Positions 36,310-45,308 are shown, numbered from the stretch's first letter. The stretch: 64,000 nucleotides of DNA from Dehalococcoidia bacterium (GCA_965261885.1 CBDHDY010000042.1:2250-66249), one strand, 5' to 3'. Notes: generated by a model not told the origin, from the sequence alone. Program-made: numbers and translations.

Positions 36310-36368
36310 AATAAGTTTCGGAAAGATCCCTCAATTCATTTCGAATATAAGACCCGCGGCGGCAGCAG

Positions 36369-37127
36369 TTAACCCTTCGCGCTGGCCACCTGGGCCGCTA
36401 TCTGCAAGAACTGGTCTGCCTGGAGGCTCGCGCCGCCCACCAGCGCGCCGTTGATGCTGGGCTGGGAGGAGAAGGCCTCCGCGTTTCCGGCGTTGACGCT
36501 CCCGCCATAGAGCACGGGCACCGTGTCGCCGTCATCTCCGAACAGGTCGCGGAGGGCGTCCCGGATGGCGCCACCCATTATTTCCTCGGCAATTTCGGGG
36601 GTGGCGGCCCGGCCTGTGCCGATGGCCCAGACCGGTTCATAGGCAACAACAACTTCCATTATGTCGTGTACGTCGGCCACTCCCGCAAGAACCTGGCCCT
36701 CCACCACATCGGCAGCCATTCCCTCCTCGCGTTGCGCGAGGGTCTCACCCACGCAAACGATTGGACGCAGTCCGGCGGCCAAGGCCGCGTGCACTTTGCG
36801 GTTGACCGTTTCATCGGTCTCGCCGAACAACTGCCGCCGTTCAGAATGACCGAGAATAACGTAGTGGCAGAGGCTGCGCAGCATCGATGCGGACACCTCG
36901 CCGGTGAACGCGCCGGAGGCCTCAAAGTGCATATTCTGCGCTCCAACGTGGACGCCGCTACCATTGACTGCCCGCCGAACCGCAGCCAGCGAGATGTAGG
37001 GTGGACACAGGATCAACTCCACTGCCCCTGCAGCAGCCGATCCCTCGGCGACCTCGGAGGCCAGCGCGGCCGCCTCGTCTAGCGTGGTATTCATTTTCCA
37101 GTTTCCGGCAACGATGGAACGGGGCAT
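36369..37127 (-). CDS. tpiA: Triosephosphate isomerase
   Basis: [13 protein letters not shown]..., ILGHSERR, and [12 protein letters not shown]. The track ORF start (TTG at 37160) lies inside a terminator T-tract, so the ATG at 37127 is preferred. Confidence 0.9.
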   Translation of the reverse strand: MPRSIVAGNWKMNTTLDEAAALASEVAEGSAAAGAVELILCPPYISLAAVRRAVNGSGVHVGAQNMHFEASGAFTGEVSASMLRSLCHYVILGHSERRQLFGETDETVNRKVHAALAAGLRPIVCVGETLAQREEGMAADVVEGQVLAGVADVHDIMEVVVAYEPVWAIGTGRAATPEIAEEIMGGAIRDALRDLFGDDGDTVPVLYGGSVNAGNAEAFSSQPSINGALVGGASLQADQFLQIAAQVASAKG

Positions 37128-37158
37128 TGCTCGCACTGCCTCCCGGATCGATTCGTCC

Positions 37159-37198
37159 AAAAAAGAACCGCCCCTACCATAGCGGATAAGGGCGGTTC
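37159..37198 (-). terminator. Rho-independent terminator between apgM and tpiA
   Basis: The minus strand reads GAACCGCCC-(16 nt loop)-GGGCGGTTC followed by TTTTTT, 14 nt after the apgM stop. Confidence 0.55.
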
Positions 37199-37211
37199 AG
37201 TGGCAGGCAAA

Positions 37212-38417
37212 TCAGGGGCCGTATTTCGCCATCTTGCCAGCGTGGGACATTCCCAGCAGCATGACGTTTGTGGCCGGAATGCTGCCAATGGAACCCTGGC
37301 GGCACTCCCGCTCGCTGAATGCAGGTATGCCCTCGCCCAGTGTCAGGGCTGAGTGGAGCAAGAACGGTACGGGGTGCCAGCTGTGCCCGGCTGTGATGGC
37401 CGGTGTGGCATGGTCACCGGCAACCATGAACACGTCGGGTTCCAATTCCCTGATGGCCGGTATCAGCGGGTCCAGTTCTTCCAGCCTCTGCACTTTGGCG
37501 TCGAAGTCCCCGTCCTCTCCGGCAGCGTCCGCGGGCTTGTAGTGGATGAAGAAGAAGTCGTGGGAGTCGAAGTTCTGGCGAAGGGTCTCAACTTCGTCGG
37601 AGAAATGACGGCCGGTGGGGATCACCCGCATTCCCGCCACGGTGGCCAGACCACGATACATTGGGTAAGCGGCGATGGCTGCGGGGTTCATCCGGTAAAC
37701 GTCGCCCATGGGAGGCAGGCTCGGCATCTGGGCGAAGCCACGCAACAGCAGCATGTTGGCCCGGTCCTCCTCCGACATGAGTTTCGCTGCCTGGTCCACG
37801 AACCGGTTGACCAGTTCCGCCGTCCGTTCCGCCCCCGTGTTCAGCGCCCGCACTGGTAGCGCCGCCACTCCCTCACGCTGCGGGTCCGTCTCGGATACCG
37901 ACTCCGACAACCCATCGCCGCGCAGCCGCAACACGAACCGGTAGTCCTGCACCGGGAACACATCCACCTGCACGCCCTCGAGTGCTATGCGGTCCAGCCG
38001 CTCGCAGATGGGCACGCTCAGCTCGGTGGGAATCCGTCCGGCACGCCGGTCCACCAGCAGGCCGCCGGAGTCCACGGTGCAGAAGTTGCCCCGGGCCGCC
38101 ACGTCGCCGGGCTGCAGCTCGACATCGATGCCCAGGGCCTCCAGCGCGCCGCGACCGATCATGTGCTTGAGCGGATCATAGCCGAACAGGGCCAGATGGC
38201 CGGGGCCACTCCCCGGCGCCACTCCGGGCAGTACGGGAGTGGTCAGCCCGCAGGCGCTCACCTGCGCCAGCGCGTCGAGATTGGGGATGTGGGCCGTTTC
38301 CAGCTCCGATTTACCTGTTCCAGGGTGAGCCAGACCGCCCAGGCCGTCAACCACCAGCAGCACCATCTTGGACGAGGTGTTCATGTAACAGTCTCGAAGT
38401 TCTTCAATGTCTATCAT
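37212..38417 (-). CDS. apgM: Cofactor-independent phosphoglycerate mutase, archaeal-type (ApgM)
   Basis: 401 aa. Has VLLVVDGLGG...TA.IPNLD and VAGDHATP. GAGGAG lies 5 nt before the ATG at 38417. Confidence 0.85.
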   Translation of the reverse strand: MIDIEELRDCYMNTSSKMVLLVVDGLGGLAHPGTGKSELETAHIPNLDALAQVSACGLTTPVLPGVAPGSGPGHLALFGYDPLKHMIGRGALEALGIDVELQPGDVAARGNFCTVDSGGLLVDRRAGRIPTELSVPICERLDRIALEGVQVDVFPVQDYRFVLRLRGDGLSESVSETDPQREGVAALPVRALNTGAERTAELVNRFVDQAAKLMSEEDRANMLLLRGFAQMPSLPPMGDVYRMNPAAIAAYPMYRGLATVAGMRVIPTGRHFSDEVETLRQNFDSHDFFFIHYKPADAAGEDGDFDAKVQRLEELDPLIPAIRELEPDVFMVAGDHATPAITAGHSWHPVPFLLHSALTLGEGIPAFSERECRQGSIGSIPATNVMLLGMSHAGKMAKYGP

Positions 38418-38592
38418 GGTGTCTCCTCAACTAGGGGTCCTTGCCACGCCCCTCCCCGTGAGCCAGAGCCATTCAGATTCTTCCTATCCCTCAATTGAGA
38501 CGGTCCCTCGCTGAGGACGGTCAAGTTGAGGGTGGAATCCCCGGCCGCATCCATCAGCCAGGATCGGATAACCTCTTTATGTTGCGTCAGGT

Positions 38593-39792
38593 TTATGTAG
38601 CGTCAGGAAGCGCTGCGATACCAGGCAACTCCATGCCGCCCAGGAACTCCAGTGATGCCCCGCCTCCAGTGGATACGTGGGTCATTTTGTCCATAAGTCC
38701 CAGGGCCTCCACTGTCTCTGCCGTAGAACCTCCGCCCACTACGCTGGTGATCCCGGGAGAGTTGGCGATTGCCTCGGCAACGACGCGGGTGCCCTCGCTG
38801 AAGCGTGGCATCTCAAACACACCCATTGGCCCGTTCCAGATCACGGTGCGGCACTGCTGCAACCCGTTGGCGAAGTCCAGTGCTGCCGAGGGCGCGATGT
38901 CCATGATGTATCCACCCTCGGGAACGGCATCTGCCGGCGACACCTGGACTCCGGAGGGATCGGCAGCGAATTCGCTGGCCACCACCACCTCGGCAGGAAG
39001 GTGCACCTTGATACCCCGGCGGTTCGCGGCATCAAGCATCTCTCGCGCGAACTCCAGGCGGTCCTCCTCCACCTGCGACGCCCCGACTCCATGACCCTGC
39101 GCCTTGAGAAAAGTGACGCACATCCCGCCGCCGATGAACAGGTGGTCCAGCTTGTCGATGATGTTCTCGAGGAGCAGTATCTTGTCGCTCACCTTGGCCC
39201 CGCCCATCAGCGCCGCCAACGGCTTCTCTGGAGACTCTAGCGCGCGTCCCATGGAACTGACCTCTTTCTGCACGAGAAAGCCCATGGCCGAAGGGAGGAA
39301 CTCGGTGATCCCCACCGTCGAGGCATGGGCCCGGTGTGCCACGGCAAAGGCGTCCATCACAAAGTAATCGGCAAGCGCGGCCAGAGACCGGGAGAAGACA
39401 GGATCGTTGGCCTCCTCGCCCGCGTCGAATCGCAGGTTCTCCAGCAGCACCACTTCGCCTCGAGCCATGGCGGCGATCGCCGCCTCCACCGACGGCCCCG
39501 TGATCTCCGGCAGGCTCTTGACCGGGTGCTCAAGGAGGACGGCCAACCGGTCGCCCACAGGCCCCAGCCGCAGTGAGTCGTCGACTTTGCCACGGGGACG
39601 CCCCAGGTGAGAGCACAGGATGGTCCGGCAGCCCCGTTCGATCAGGTACTGGATGGTGGGCAACGTTGCTCGAAGACGCTGATCATATCCGGCAATGGCT
39701 TCGATGCCCTGCTCGATGGGCACATTAAAGTCGACCCTCACCAGTACCCGGCTGCCGTTTACGTCAAGTTGGGACAGACTGCGCTTGACCAC
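38593..39792 (-). CDS. pgk: Phosphoglycerate kinase
   Basis: VLVRVDFNVP and GGGASLEFLGG. GTG at 39792 after GGGGGAG gives about 399 aa. The track ORF start at 39903 would overlap the upstream gene by 25 nt. Confidence 0.9.
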   Translation of the reverse strand: MVKRSLSQLDVNGSRVLVRVDFNVPIEQGIEAIAGYDQRLRATLPTIQYLIERGCRTILCSHLGRPRGKVDDSLRLGPVGDRLAVLLEHPVKSLPEITGPSVEAAIAAMARGEVVLLENLRFDAGEEANDPVFSRSLAALADYFVMDAFAVAHRAHASTVGITEFLPSAMGFLVQKEVSSMGRALESPEKPLAALMGGAKVSDKILLLENIIDKLDHLFIGGGMCVTFLKAQGHGVGASQVEEDRLEFAREMLDAANRRGIKVHLPAEVVVASEFAADPSGVQVSPADAVPEGGYIMDIAPSAALDFANGLQQCRTVIWNGPMGVFEMPRFSEGTRVVAEAIANSPGITSVVGGGSTAETVEALGLMDKMTHVSTGGGASLEFLGGMELPGIAALPDAT

Positions 39793-39878
39793 CTGTGCTT
39801 CTCCCCCTGGCCAGTTTTCACTCTCTTTTTCAGGCGATTCGATGAAACCCAGGTTGATACCCGGATTGAGACCCGGAT

Positions 39879-40898
39879 TCAGCGGCCGCCAGCGAGGGCC
39901 CATTCGCCCAGTTCATTGAGCTGGGCCATTCCAGTGCCGGAGTCTCCGACGGATGACGCCTCGGCCAAGCCTTCGTCCACCAACTGGCGCGCCCTTTCCT
40001 CTGAAGCCACCCGGGATCCCGCCTCTTCCAGAATGGCCACGAGGCGGGAGGCGTCTTCCGGTTCCAGCACGCGCTTCATATAGATGGAACCAAGCTCCCT
40101 CCTGGCGGCCACGCTGCCGTGCTCCAGGGCGTGAATTACGGGCAGGCTCTTCTTCTTTGCGACGATATTGCTGGCCGTCAGCGCGTCGCCGCGCTCTCCC
40201 CAGAAATCGTCGGCGTCGCGGGAAACCTGCCAGGCTGCACCCAGTTTGACCCCCATACGTTGCAGGGCGGCGCACTGCTCGTCGTCGGCACCGGCGGCGA
40301 GGGCCCCAGCCTCGGCGGACGAACCAGCGAGCGCTCCGGACTTGCGGCTTACCATTTCCAGATATGCAGCCGACGTCACCATTAGCTGGTCCTGGAACTC
40401 GAGGTCCATGTACTGCCCCTCGCAGAGCAGCATGCAAGCCTGATCCAGGGACCGGACAGCCCGCAACACGCGATCAGGAGGCAATCCCCGCTTTCCGAGA
40501 CGCATCATGGCCGTCCTGCCCAGGGCGTGCAACCCATCGCCGGCGTTGATGGCCTGGGCCGGCCCCCACACCCACCAGATGCCGGGACGGTCAACGCTTT
40601 CGGCCCTCCCGGCCTGCACCTCTCCGTGCACCAGTGTGAAGTGGTGCACCAGCTCCACTCCTGCAGCCGCGGGCAAGGCTGCCGTGAAATCGGTTCCCGA
40701 CGCCTCGCAGGCGACCAGCGCGACCGCGCCCTGAAAGTGCAGCGGCGTGGGATTGTCTTCCGGCATTCCCTGCTGGTCGACCCAGCCGAGGTGATAGCGC
40801 AACAGTTTATAAAGGTAGCCGTCGCGCCCATTGAACACGTCGCGCAGTTCGGTCTCCACAGCCTGCCTGTAGGTTTCGTACTTCGCGATCATAGGCAA
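39879..40898 (-). CDS. Polyprenyl synthetase-family protein lacking the first Asp-rich motif
   Basis: Collinear with trans-prenyltransferases (AAGVELVHHFTLVH.., INAGDGL, CEGQYMDL, KSGAL). However, it reads GEVQAG where the first DDxxD sits and RDADDF where the second sits. Confidence 0.7.
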   Translation of the reverse strand: MPMIAKYETYRQAVETELRDVFNGRDGYLYKLLRYHLGWVDQQGMPEDNPTPLHFQGAVALVACEASGTDFTAALPAAAGVELVHHFTLVHGEVQAGRAESVDRPGIWWVWGPAQAINAGDGLHALGRTAMMRLGKRGLPPDRVLRAVRSLDQACMLLCEGQYMDLEFQDQLMVTSAAYLEMVSRKSGALAGSSAEAGALAAGADDEQCAALQRMGVKLGAAWQVSRDADDFWGERGDALTASNIVAKKKSLPVIHALEHGSVAARRELGSIYMKRVLEPEDASRLVAILEEAGSRVASEERARQLVDEGLAEASSVGDSGTGMAQLNELGEWALAGGR

Positions 40899-40920
40899 TG
40901 ACTTTCGGAGCTAACCATTT

Positions 40921-41610
40921 TCAATCGCTCAGCTTGGAGGCGTCGGCAATCCGCTTGGGATTCTTGGGGGACAGAGGGTAGCACGAATCGAGGCTGTCGA
41001 TCTCCTGCAAAACTTTGGCGAGCCGCCTTCGGACATCAGGACGACACATGACCAGAGTCTTGATTAGTTCTTCAACCTGCCTATCTGCACCTCTCTGACC
41101 TCTAATAATCCCGTCCTGCCTCGGAATGTTTATGATGCCAATTTGATCGAGCAACTTATGATTCCATTGATATGCCCAATCCGGTTTGGATCCATCGAAT
41201 TTCGACGGAGCAAGCCCCTTCAGTTCCTCCTCGTTTCTCACTGGGATTATCACAACCTCAACGCCGCGTTCCTGTAGCTTGTCGAGCTTCTCCTTTTTCG
41301 ATGGTGTCGGAGGAGAGGTCACCACAACTTCTACGACGCGCACAGGAAGCAAATTCCTGTCTAGCAACGCCAAATCGGGAATGCATCCGCCAATCGGTTG
41401 CATCGCGTCGGGAATAACTACTCTCTCAACGCCCTCTCTCAGATTGCCCGACGCGTTTCCGTCAATCGTTTTGACTACTACTTCATCTTCGGTTTGCAGC
41501 ACATCCCACAGTAATCCGACTGCGTATTCGTGCAGAAACGAAACCGGAAACGCCGCTGTCCCAACATTCCTTGCCCATTCATCTTCAGACAGCATCTGAT
41601 TTGACATCAT
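40921..41610 (-). CDS. Hypothetical protein with CoiA-like PD-(D/E)xK signature, lower-GC insertion
   Basis: 229 aa. CIPDLALLDRNLLPVRVVEVVVTSPPTPSKKEKLDKLQERGVEVVIIPV resembles the D...E-x-x-x-S...R...G-V-x-V-hhh core of CoiA/restriction-like nucleases. Confidence 0.5.
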   Translation of the reverse strand: MMSNQMLSEDEWARNVGTAAFPVSFLHEYAVGLLWDVLQTEDEVVVKTIDGNASGNLREGVERVVIPDAMQPIGGCIPDLALLDRNLLPVRVVEVVVTSPPTPSKKEKLDKLQERGVEVVIIPVRNEEELKGLAPSKFDGSKPDWAYQWNHKLLDQIGIINIPRQDGIIRGQRGADRQVEELIKTLVMCRPDVRRRLAKVLQEIDSLDSCYPLSPKNPKRIADASKLSD

Positions 41611-41645
41611 CTTTCTCTCGTGCAGATACCTGTTCTTCGCCGAAT

Positions 41646-42284
41646 CTAGAGGCTGGCCAATAGCACCTCGATTTCCGCGAACGGGACGGCCCCTGCCCGG
41701 ACCAGTCTCGGCTCATCACCCGACAGGTCCACAATGGTAGACGCGGTTCCTGCGGGTGCGGGGCCGTCGGTTACCAGCAGGTCAACCCGGTCTCCCACCT
41801 GTGCTCGCAACTCCGCAAGGGTCGTCGGGTCAGCGGCACCGCTGATGTTGGCGCTGGTGCCGGTTATCGGACGCCCCAACCTGCGCGCCAGCTCCCGAGG
41901 CACCGGGTGGTCGGGCACTCGCACCGCCACCGTGGGGTGTCCAGCGGTCAGGCGCGGTGGCAGGGAGTCATTGCGTTTGACTATCAGCGTCATGGCGCCC
42001 GGCCAGAAAGCCTCGGCAACGGCCCGAAGATGCTCAGGCACGTCATTGGCCACCTGTTCCAGCTGACCGGGGTCGGATAGAAGCACCGGTAGGGCCAACC
42101 CCTCGGGCCGCTCCTTTATGTCGAACACCCTCTCTATGGCCGCTGGATTGAAGGCATCGGCAGCCAGGCCATAGAGCGTATCGGTGGGTATTGCCACCAC
42201 CCCGCCATATTCAAGGATGCGCAAGGCCTGATGGGTTTCAACACCTGTCTCAGTCGGAGCCGTTTGATGTCTTGAATCAGCCAA
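41646..42284 (-). CDS. tsaC: L-threonylcarbamoyladenylate synthase (YrdC/TsaC/Sua5 family)
   Basis: GGVVAIPTDTLYGLAADA, AVRVPDHP, and TSANISG. Confidence 0.88.
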   Translation of the reverse strand: MADSRHQTAPTETGVETHQALRILEYGGVVAIPTDTLYGLAADAFNPAAIERVFDIKERPEGLALPVLLSDPGQLEQVANDVPEHLRAVAEAFWPGAMTLIVKRNDSLPPRLTAGHPTVAVRVPDHPVPRELARRLGRPITGTSANISGAADPTTLAELRAQVGDRVDLLVTDGPAPAGTASTIVDLSGDEPRLVRAGAVPFAEIEVLLASL

Positions 42285-42449
42285 TGTAATGCGGTCTCAA
42301 GCTCTGGAGGATTCCGTTAGAGGCGTGGAAGAGTATAGCAGACGAGGAGAACATATCCGCGCTCTCGGGACGGAGTTGACCGCCAGCCGTCTGCAATAAG
42401 GGGTTGCCGTGTTGACACTGTATGGACGCAAGATTAAACCTGAACCATC

Positions 42450-42855
42450 ATGGCAGATTCAGTTGACCCGCGACGACTGCAAATCACCGACGAGGCCGGA
42501 AGCAAGGGCACGCTGATCGGGATTCGCTGGCAACGACTGTGGCGTAACCGTCTTCGGCCCAGCGACTTTCTGCCAGTCCTGCACCTCGTTCGAGGTGGAA
42601 CCGGTGGACTTGGGAGGGCTTGGAACGCTGTACAGCTATACCATCGTCCGTATCCCGCCCGCAGGCTGGCCCGGAGATGTTCCGTACATCCTGGGACAGG
42701 TCGAACTGCCGTCGGGTCCCCAGGTCCTGGCGGAGGTCATCGACTGCGAGCAGGATGACCTAGTCATCGGGATGCAGGTTGAACTGGCAATCCAGGCGGT
42801 CGCCCCAAACGAGGGTGGAGCCGAAAAACTCGTCTACAAGTGGCGGCCTGCTTAG
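42450..42855 (+). pseudogene. DUF35 zinc-ribbon/OB-fold protein with one frameshift (or sequencing indel)
   Basis: MADSVDPRRLQITDEAGSKGTLIGIR (frame of 42450) continues in the next frame as CNDCGVTVFGPATFCQSCTSFEVEPVDLGGLGTLYSYTIV... if one G is removed at 42528-42531. The 42595-42855 ORF is the OB-fold half. Confidence 0.7.
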
Positions 42856-42917
42856 GAAGGACACTGCCACTCCAACCCCGCCTCGAACGGTGGGGAAATA
42901 CTTCGGAGGTCAAGACC

Positions 42918-44072
42918 GTGGCGCAGCTTCGTCCTGGACGTGAGGTCGTGGTGGCCGGTGTCGGCCTGCACCCCTTTGGGCGCTTTCCAAACAAAGGCCT
43001 GAGCGACCTTGCGCTTGACGCCGTGGTCGAGTCCCTGAAGGACGCCGGGGTCCGGTGGAAGGATATACCCATCGCATATTTCGGGCACGTGTACTATCAG
43101 GGCATGTCCCTCGGGGAGACCACGCTGTCCAAGCTGGGACTGACCGGTGTACCAATCGTCAACGTGGAAAACGCCTGCTCCAGCGGCTCAACGGCCTTCT
43201 GGCAGGCCTACTGGGGCATCACCACGGGCATGTACGACATGGCCCTGGCATTCGGCGCCGAGAAGGTGCCCCGCGGTCCGGTTACAGTCACTGCGGAGGA
43301 TGCGCCGGAGCGGTACATCGGCGGCGACCACATGATGGCCGGCTACGCCCTGCGGGCCCGCAGGTACATGGAGGACAACGGCGCCCCAGCCACCGCCATG
43401 GCCCAGGTTTCCGTGAAGGCCAGGCAGAACGCCTCGCTGAACCCCTACGCCCACCGAAAGGATATCTACTCGCTGGAAGAAGTTCTCCAGTCAAGGATGA
43501 TTGCCGACCCGCTGACCCTCTTTCAGTGCTGCCCCACCAGCGAGGGCGCGGCAGCGGCGGTCCTGTGCGCCCGTGAATCCCTCGCCCACTACGGCATAGA
43601 CGAGAGCCGAGCGGTTTCCATAGCCGCCGCGGTGCTCACCTCGGGCGATTACAACGGCCGGGGCGCCGACCATTCCGCCTTCAGCCCTTACCGCACCGAG
43701 CCGGCGGCACTGCAGGCCTACGAGATGAGCGGGCTGGGCCCGGAGGACGTCGACCTGTGCCAGGTCCACGACGCCGCCACCATAGGGGAGTTGCAGCAGA
43801 TCGAGTCGCTGCACCTCGTCCCCTTCGGAGAGGCCTGGCAGGCCACTGCCGAGGGACGCACCGCACTGACCGGCGACATCCCCACCAACACCGACGGCGG
43901 CCTGCTGGCCATGGGGCACCCCTTCGGTGCCTCGGGGATCCGCATGATCCACGAGACAGTGACACAACTCCGGCAGGAGGCTGGACCGCGCCAGGTGGCC
44001 CGCGCCCGGGTCGGCGTGGCACAGTGTTCCGGCGCAGGCGACGTCACCACCGTCCACATCCTGAAAGTGTAG
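42918..44072 (+). CDS. Thiolase (SCP-x type), partner of the DUF35 protein
   Basis: GTG at 42918 after GGAGGT. Has VVVAGVGLHPFGRF, VENACSSGSTAF, and GHPFGASGIRM. Confidence 0.88.
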   Translation: MAQLRPGREVVVAGVGLHPFGRFPNKGLSDLALDAVVESLKDAGVRWKDIPIAYFGHVYYQGMSLGETTLSKLGLTGVPIVNVENACSSGSTAFWQAYWGITTGMYDMALAFGAEKVPRGPVTVTAEDAPERYIGGDHMMAGYALRARRYMEDNGAPATAMAQVSVKARQNASLNPYAHRKDIYSLEEVLQSRMIADPLTLFQCCPTSEGAAAAVLCARESLAHYGIDESRAVSIAAAVLTSGDYNGRGADHSAFSPYRTEPAALQAYEMSGLGPEDVDLCQVHDAATIGELQQIESLHLVPFGEAWQATAEGRTALTGDIPTNTDGGLLAMGHPFGASGIRMIHETVTQLRQEAGPRQVARARVGVAQCSGAGDVTTVHILKV

Positions 44073-44095
44073 GGGCGGGTTTGAAACCCGCCCCT
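44071..44095 (+). terminator. GC-rich hairpin overlapping the thiolase stop
   Basis: AGGGGCGGG-TTTGAAA-CCCGCCCCT. No T-tract follows. Confidence 0.4.
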
Positions 44096-44118
44096 ACTGC
44101 TGGGGAAATCGCCGAACC

Positions 44119-44403
44119 ATGCCTACCTACATGATATTGGCCGCGATGAAAGGCAGGTTCGTCTCGGATTTCGGAAACACCTACGATAACTTTCAGATGA
44201 TGGGATACGTCTCCCGCCCGCAGGGTGGTACGCCTTTCGACGCCGTGGCCTCCTTTTTTGACCAACCTCCCTACCCCATTCAGTGGCAGGACGTGGAGTA
44301 CCTCTGGGCGGAACTACTGGGCGAAACCCCGGACAACGCCCACTACGGCGACTATGACCGTGTTTATGTCGAGTCGCTGAGGGGGCGCTGGGAACGAGAT
44401 TGA
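44119..44403 (+). CDS. Hypothetical 94-aa protein
   Basis: ORF with high third-position GC and a weak RBS. No recognisable motif. Confidence 0.4.
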   Translation: MPTYMILAAMKGRFVSDFGNTYDNFQMMGYVSRPQGGTPFDAVASFFDQPPYPIQWQDVEYLWAELLGETPDNAHYGDYDRVYVESLRGRWERD

Positions 44404-44424
44404 GCCAGTCCGGGCAACGCATAA

Positions 44425-44457
44425 CCGCCCATCCTTCGCTTGCCGAAGGACGGGCGG
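44425..44457. terminator. Bidirectional hairpin between convergent genes
   Basis: CCGCCCATCCTTCG-CTTGC-CGAAGGACGGGCGG (14-bp stem with one mismatch), between 44119-44403(+) and 44526-45308(-). Confidence 0.5.
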
Positions 44458-44525
44458 CTGTAAATCTCGCCGTTCTCAGATCCGAACCACCACCCGATCA
44501 AGGGCAGTTTACCTGACCAGGGACT

Positions 44526-45308
44526 CTATCCCTTGGCCGCCTCTGCGCGCAGCTTGCCGAAATCCGACCGGAACCCCTCGGTCAGCGCTCGACGGTCGGT
44601 GCCATGCAGCACGAACCTGGCCCCCTGTTCTATCCAGTAGGTAGACAGCTCGGTGGTCTGGTGATGCACCAGAGTAGCGATGCCTCGGGACTCCGACATA
44701 TCGATGACTTTCTTGACGGTGTCCTTGTACTCCGGCAGGTCATACTGGTCGGGGTATCCCAGCGAGATGCTCATGTCGTTGGGGCCGACGAAGATGCCGT
44801 CAATTCCCGGCACATCCAAAATGGCCTCCAGGTTGTCGACCGCAGCCACGCTCTCGATACCGATGATGGCGATGCTGTTCTTGTTGCGCTCTTCCAGGTA
44901 GGCGCGGGTGGCGTCGCTGATGTGCTCGCCAGATCCCACCACGCGGTCCACTGCCTCCCCTTTCAGTGGGCGCCACTTGGCCGCTGCCACCACCTCCCGG
45001 ACCTGGTCCACCGTTTCGCAGTAGGGAGCCAGAACTCCCTGAGCTCCGGCGTCCATTGCCATAGTCACGTAGTGGGAGTCTGGGATTGGAATGCGGACTA
45101 TGGGCACCACGCCGCTGGTGTTGAACATGGTGAGGTAATCGCCCAGTTCAGCGCGGCCGCGGGGGTTGTGCTCCGTATCTATCACCGCGTAGTCCAAGCC
45201 CACGCCAGACAGCACTGGAATCCAGCGCGGACTTTGGCCGTGGGTAATCATCGTGCCGAAGACCCGTCCGCCTTCTTTGAGGGTCTGTTTGAGTTCTGCG
45301 CCGTTCAT
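44526..45308 (-). CDS. HpcH/HpaI aldolase family protein
   Basis: 260 aa. Has GLDYAVIDTEHNP.., GAQGVLAPY, IIGIES, and GIDGIFVGPNDMS. Confidence 0.85.
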   Translation of the reverse strand: MNGAELKQTLKEGGRVFGTMITHGQSPRWIPVLSGVGLDYAVIDTEHNPRGRAELGDYLTMFNTSGVVPIVRIPIPDSHYVTMAMDAGAQGVLAPYCETVDQVREVVAAAKWRPLKGEAVDRVVGSGEHISDATRAYLEERNKNSIAIIGIESVAAVDNLEAILDVPGIDGIFVGPNDMSISLGYPDQYDLPEYKDTVKKVIDMSESRGIATLVHHQTTELSTYWIEQGARFVLHGTDRRALTEGFRSDFGKLRAEAAKG

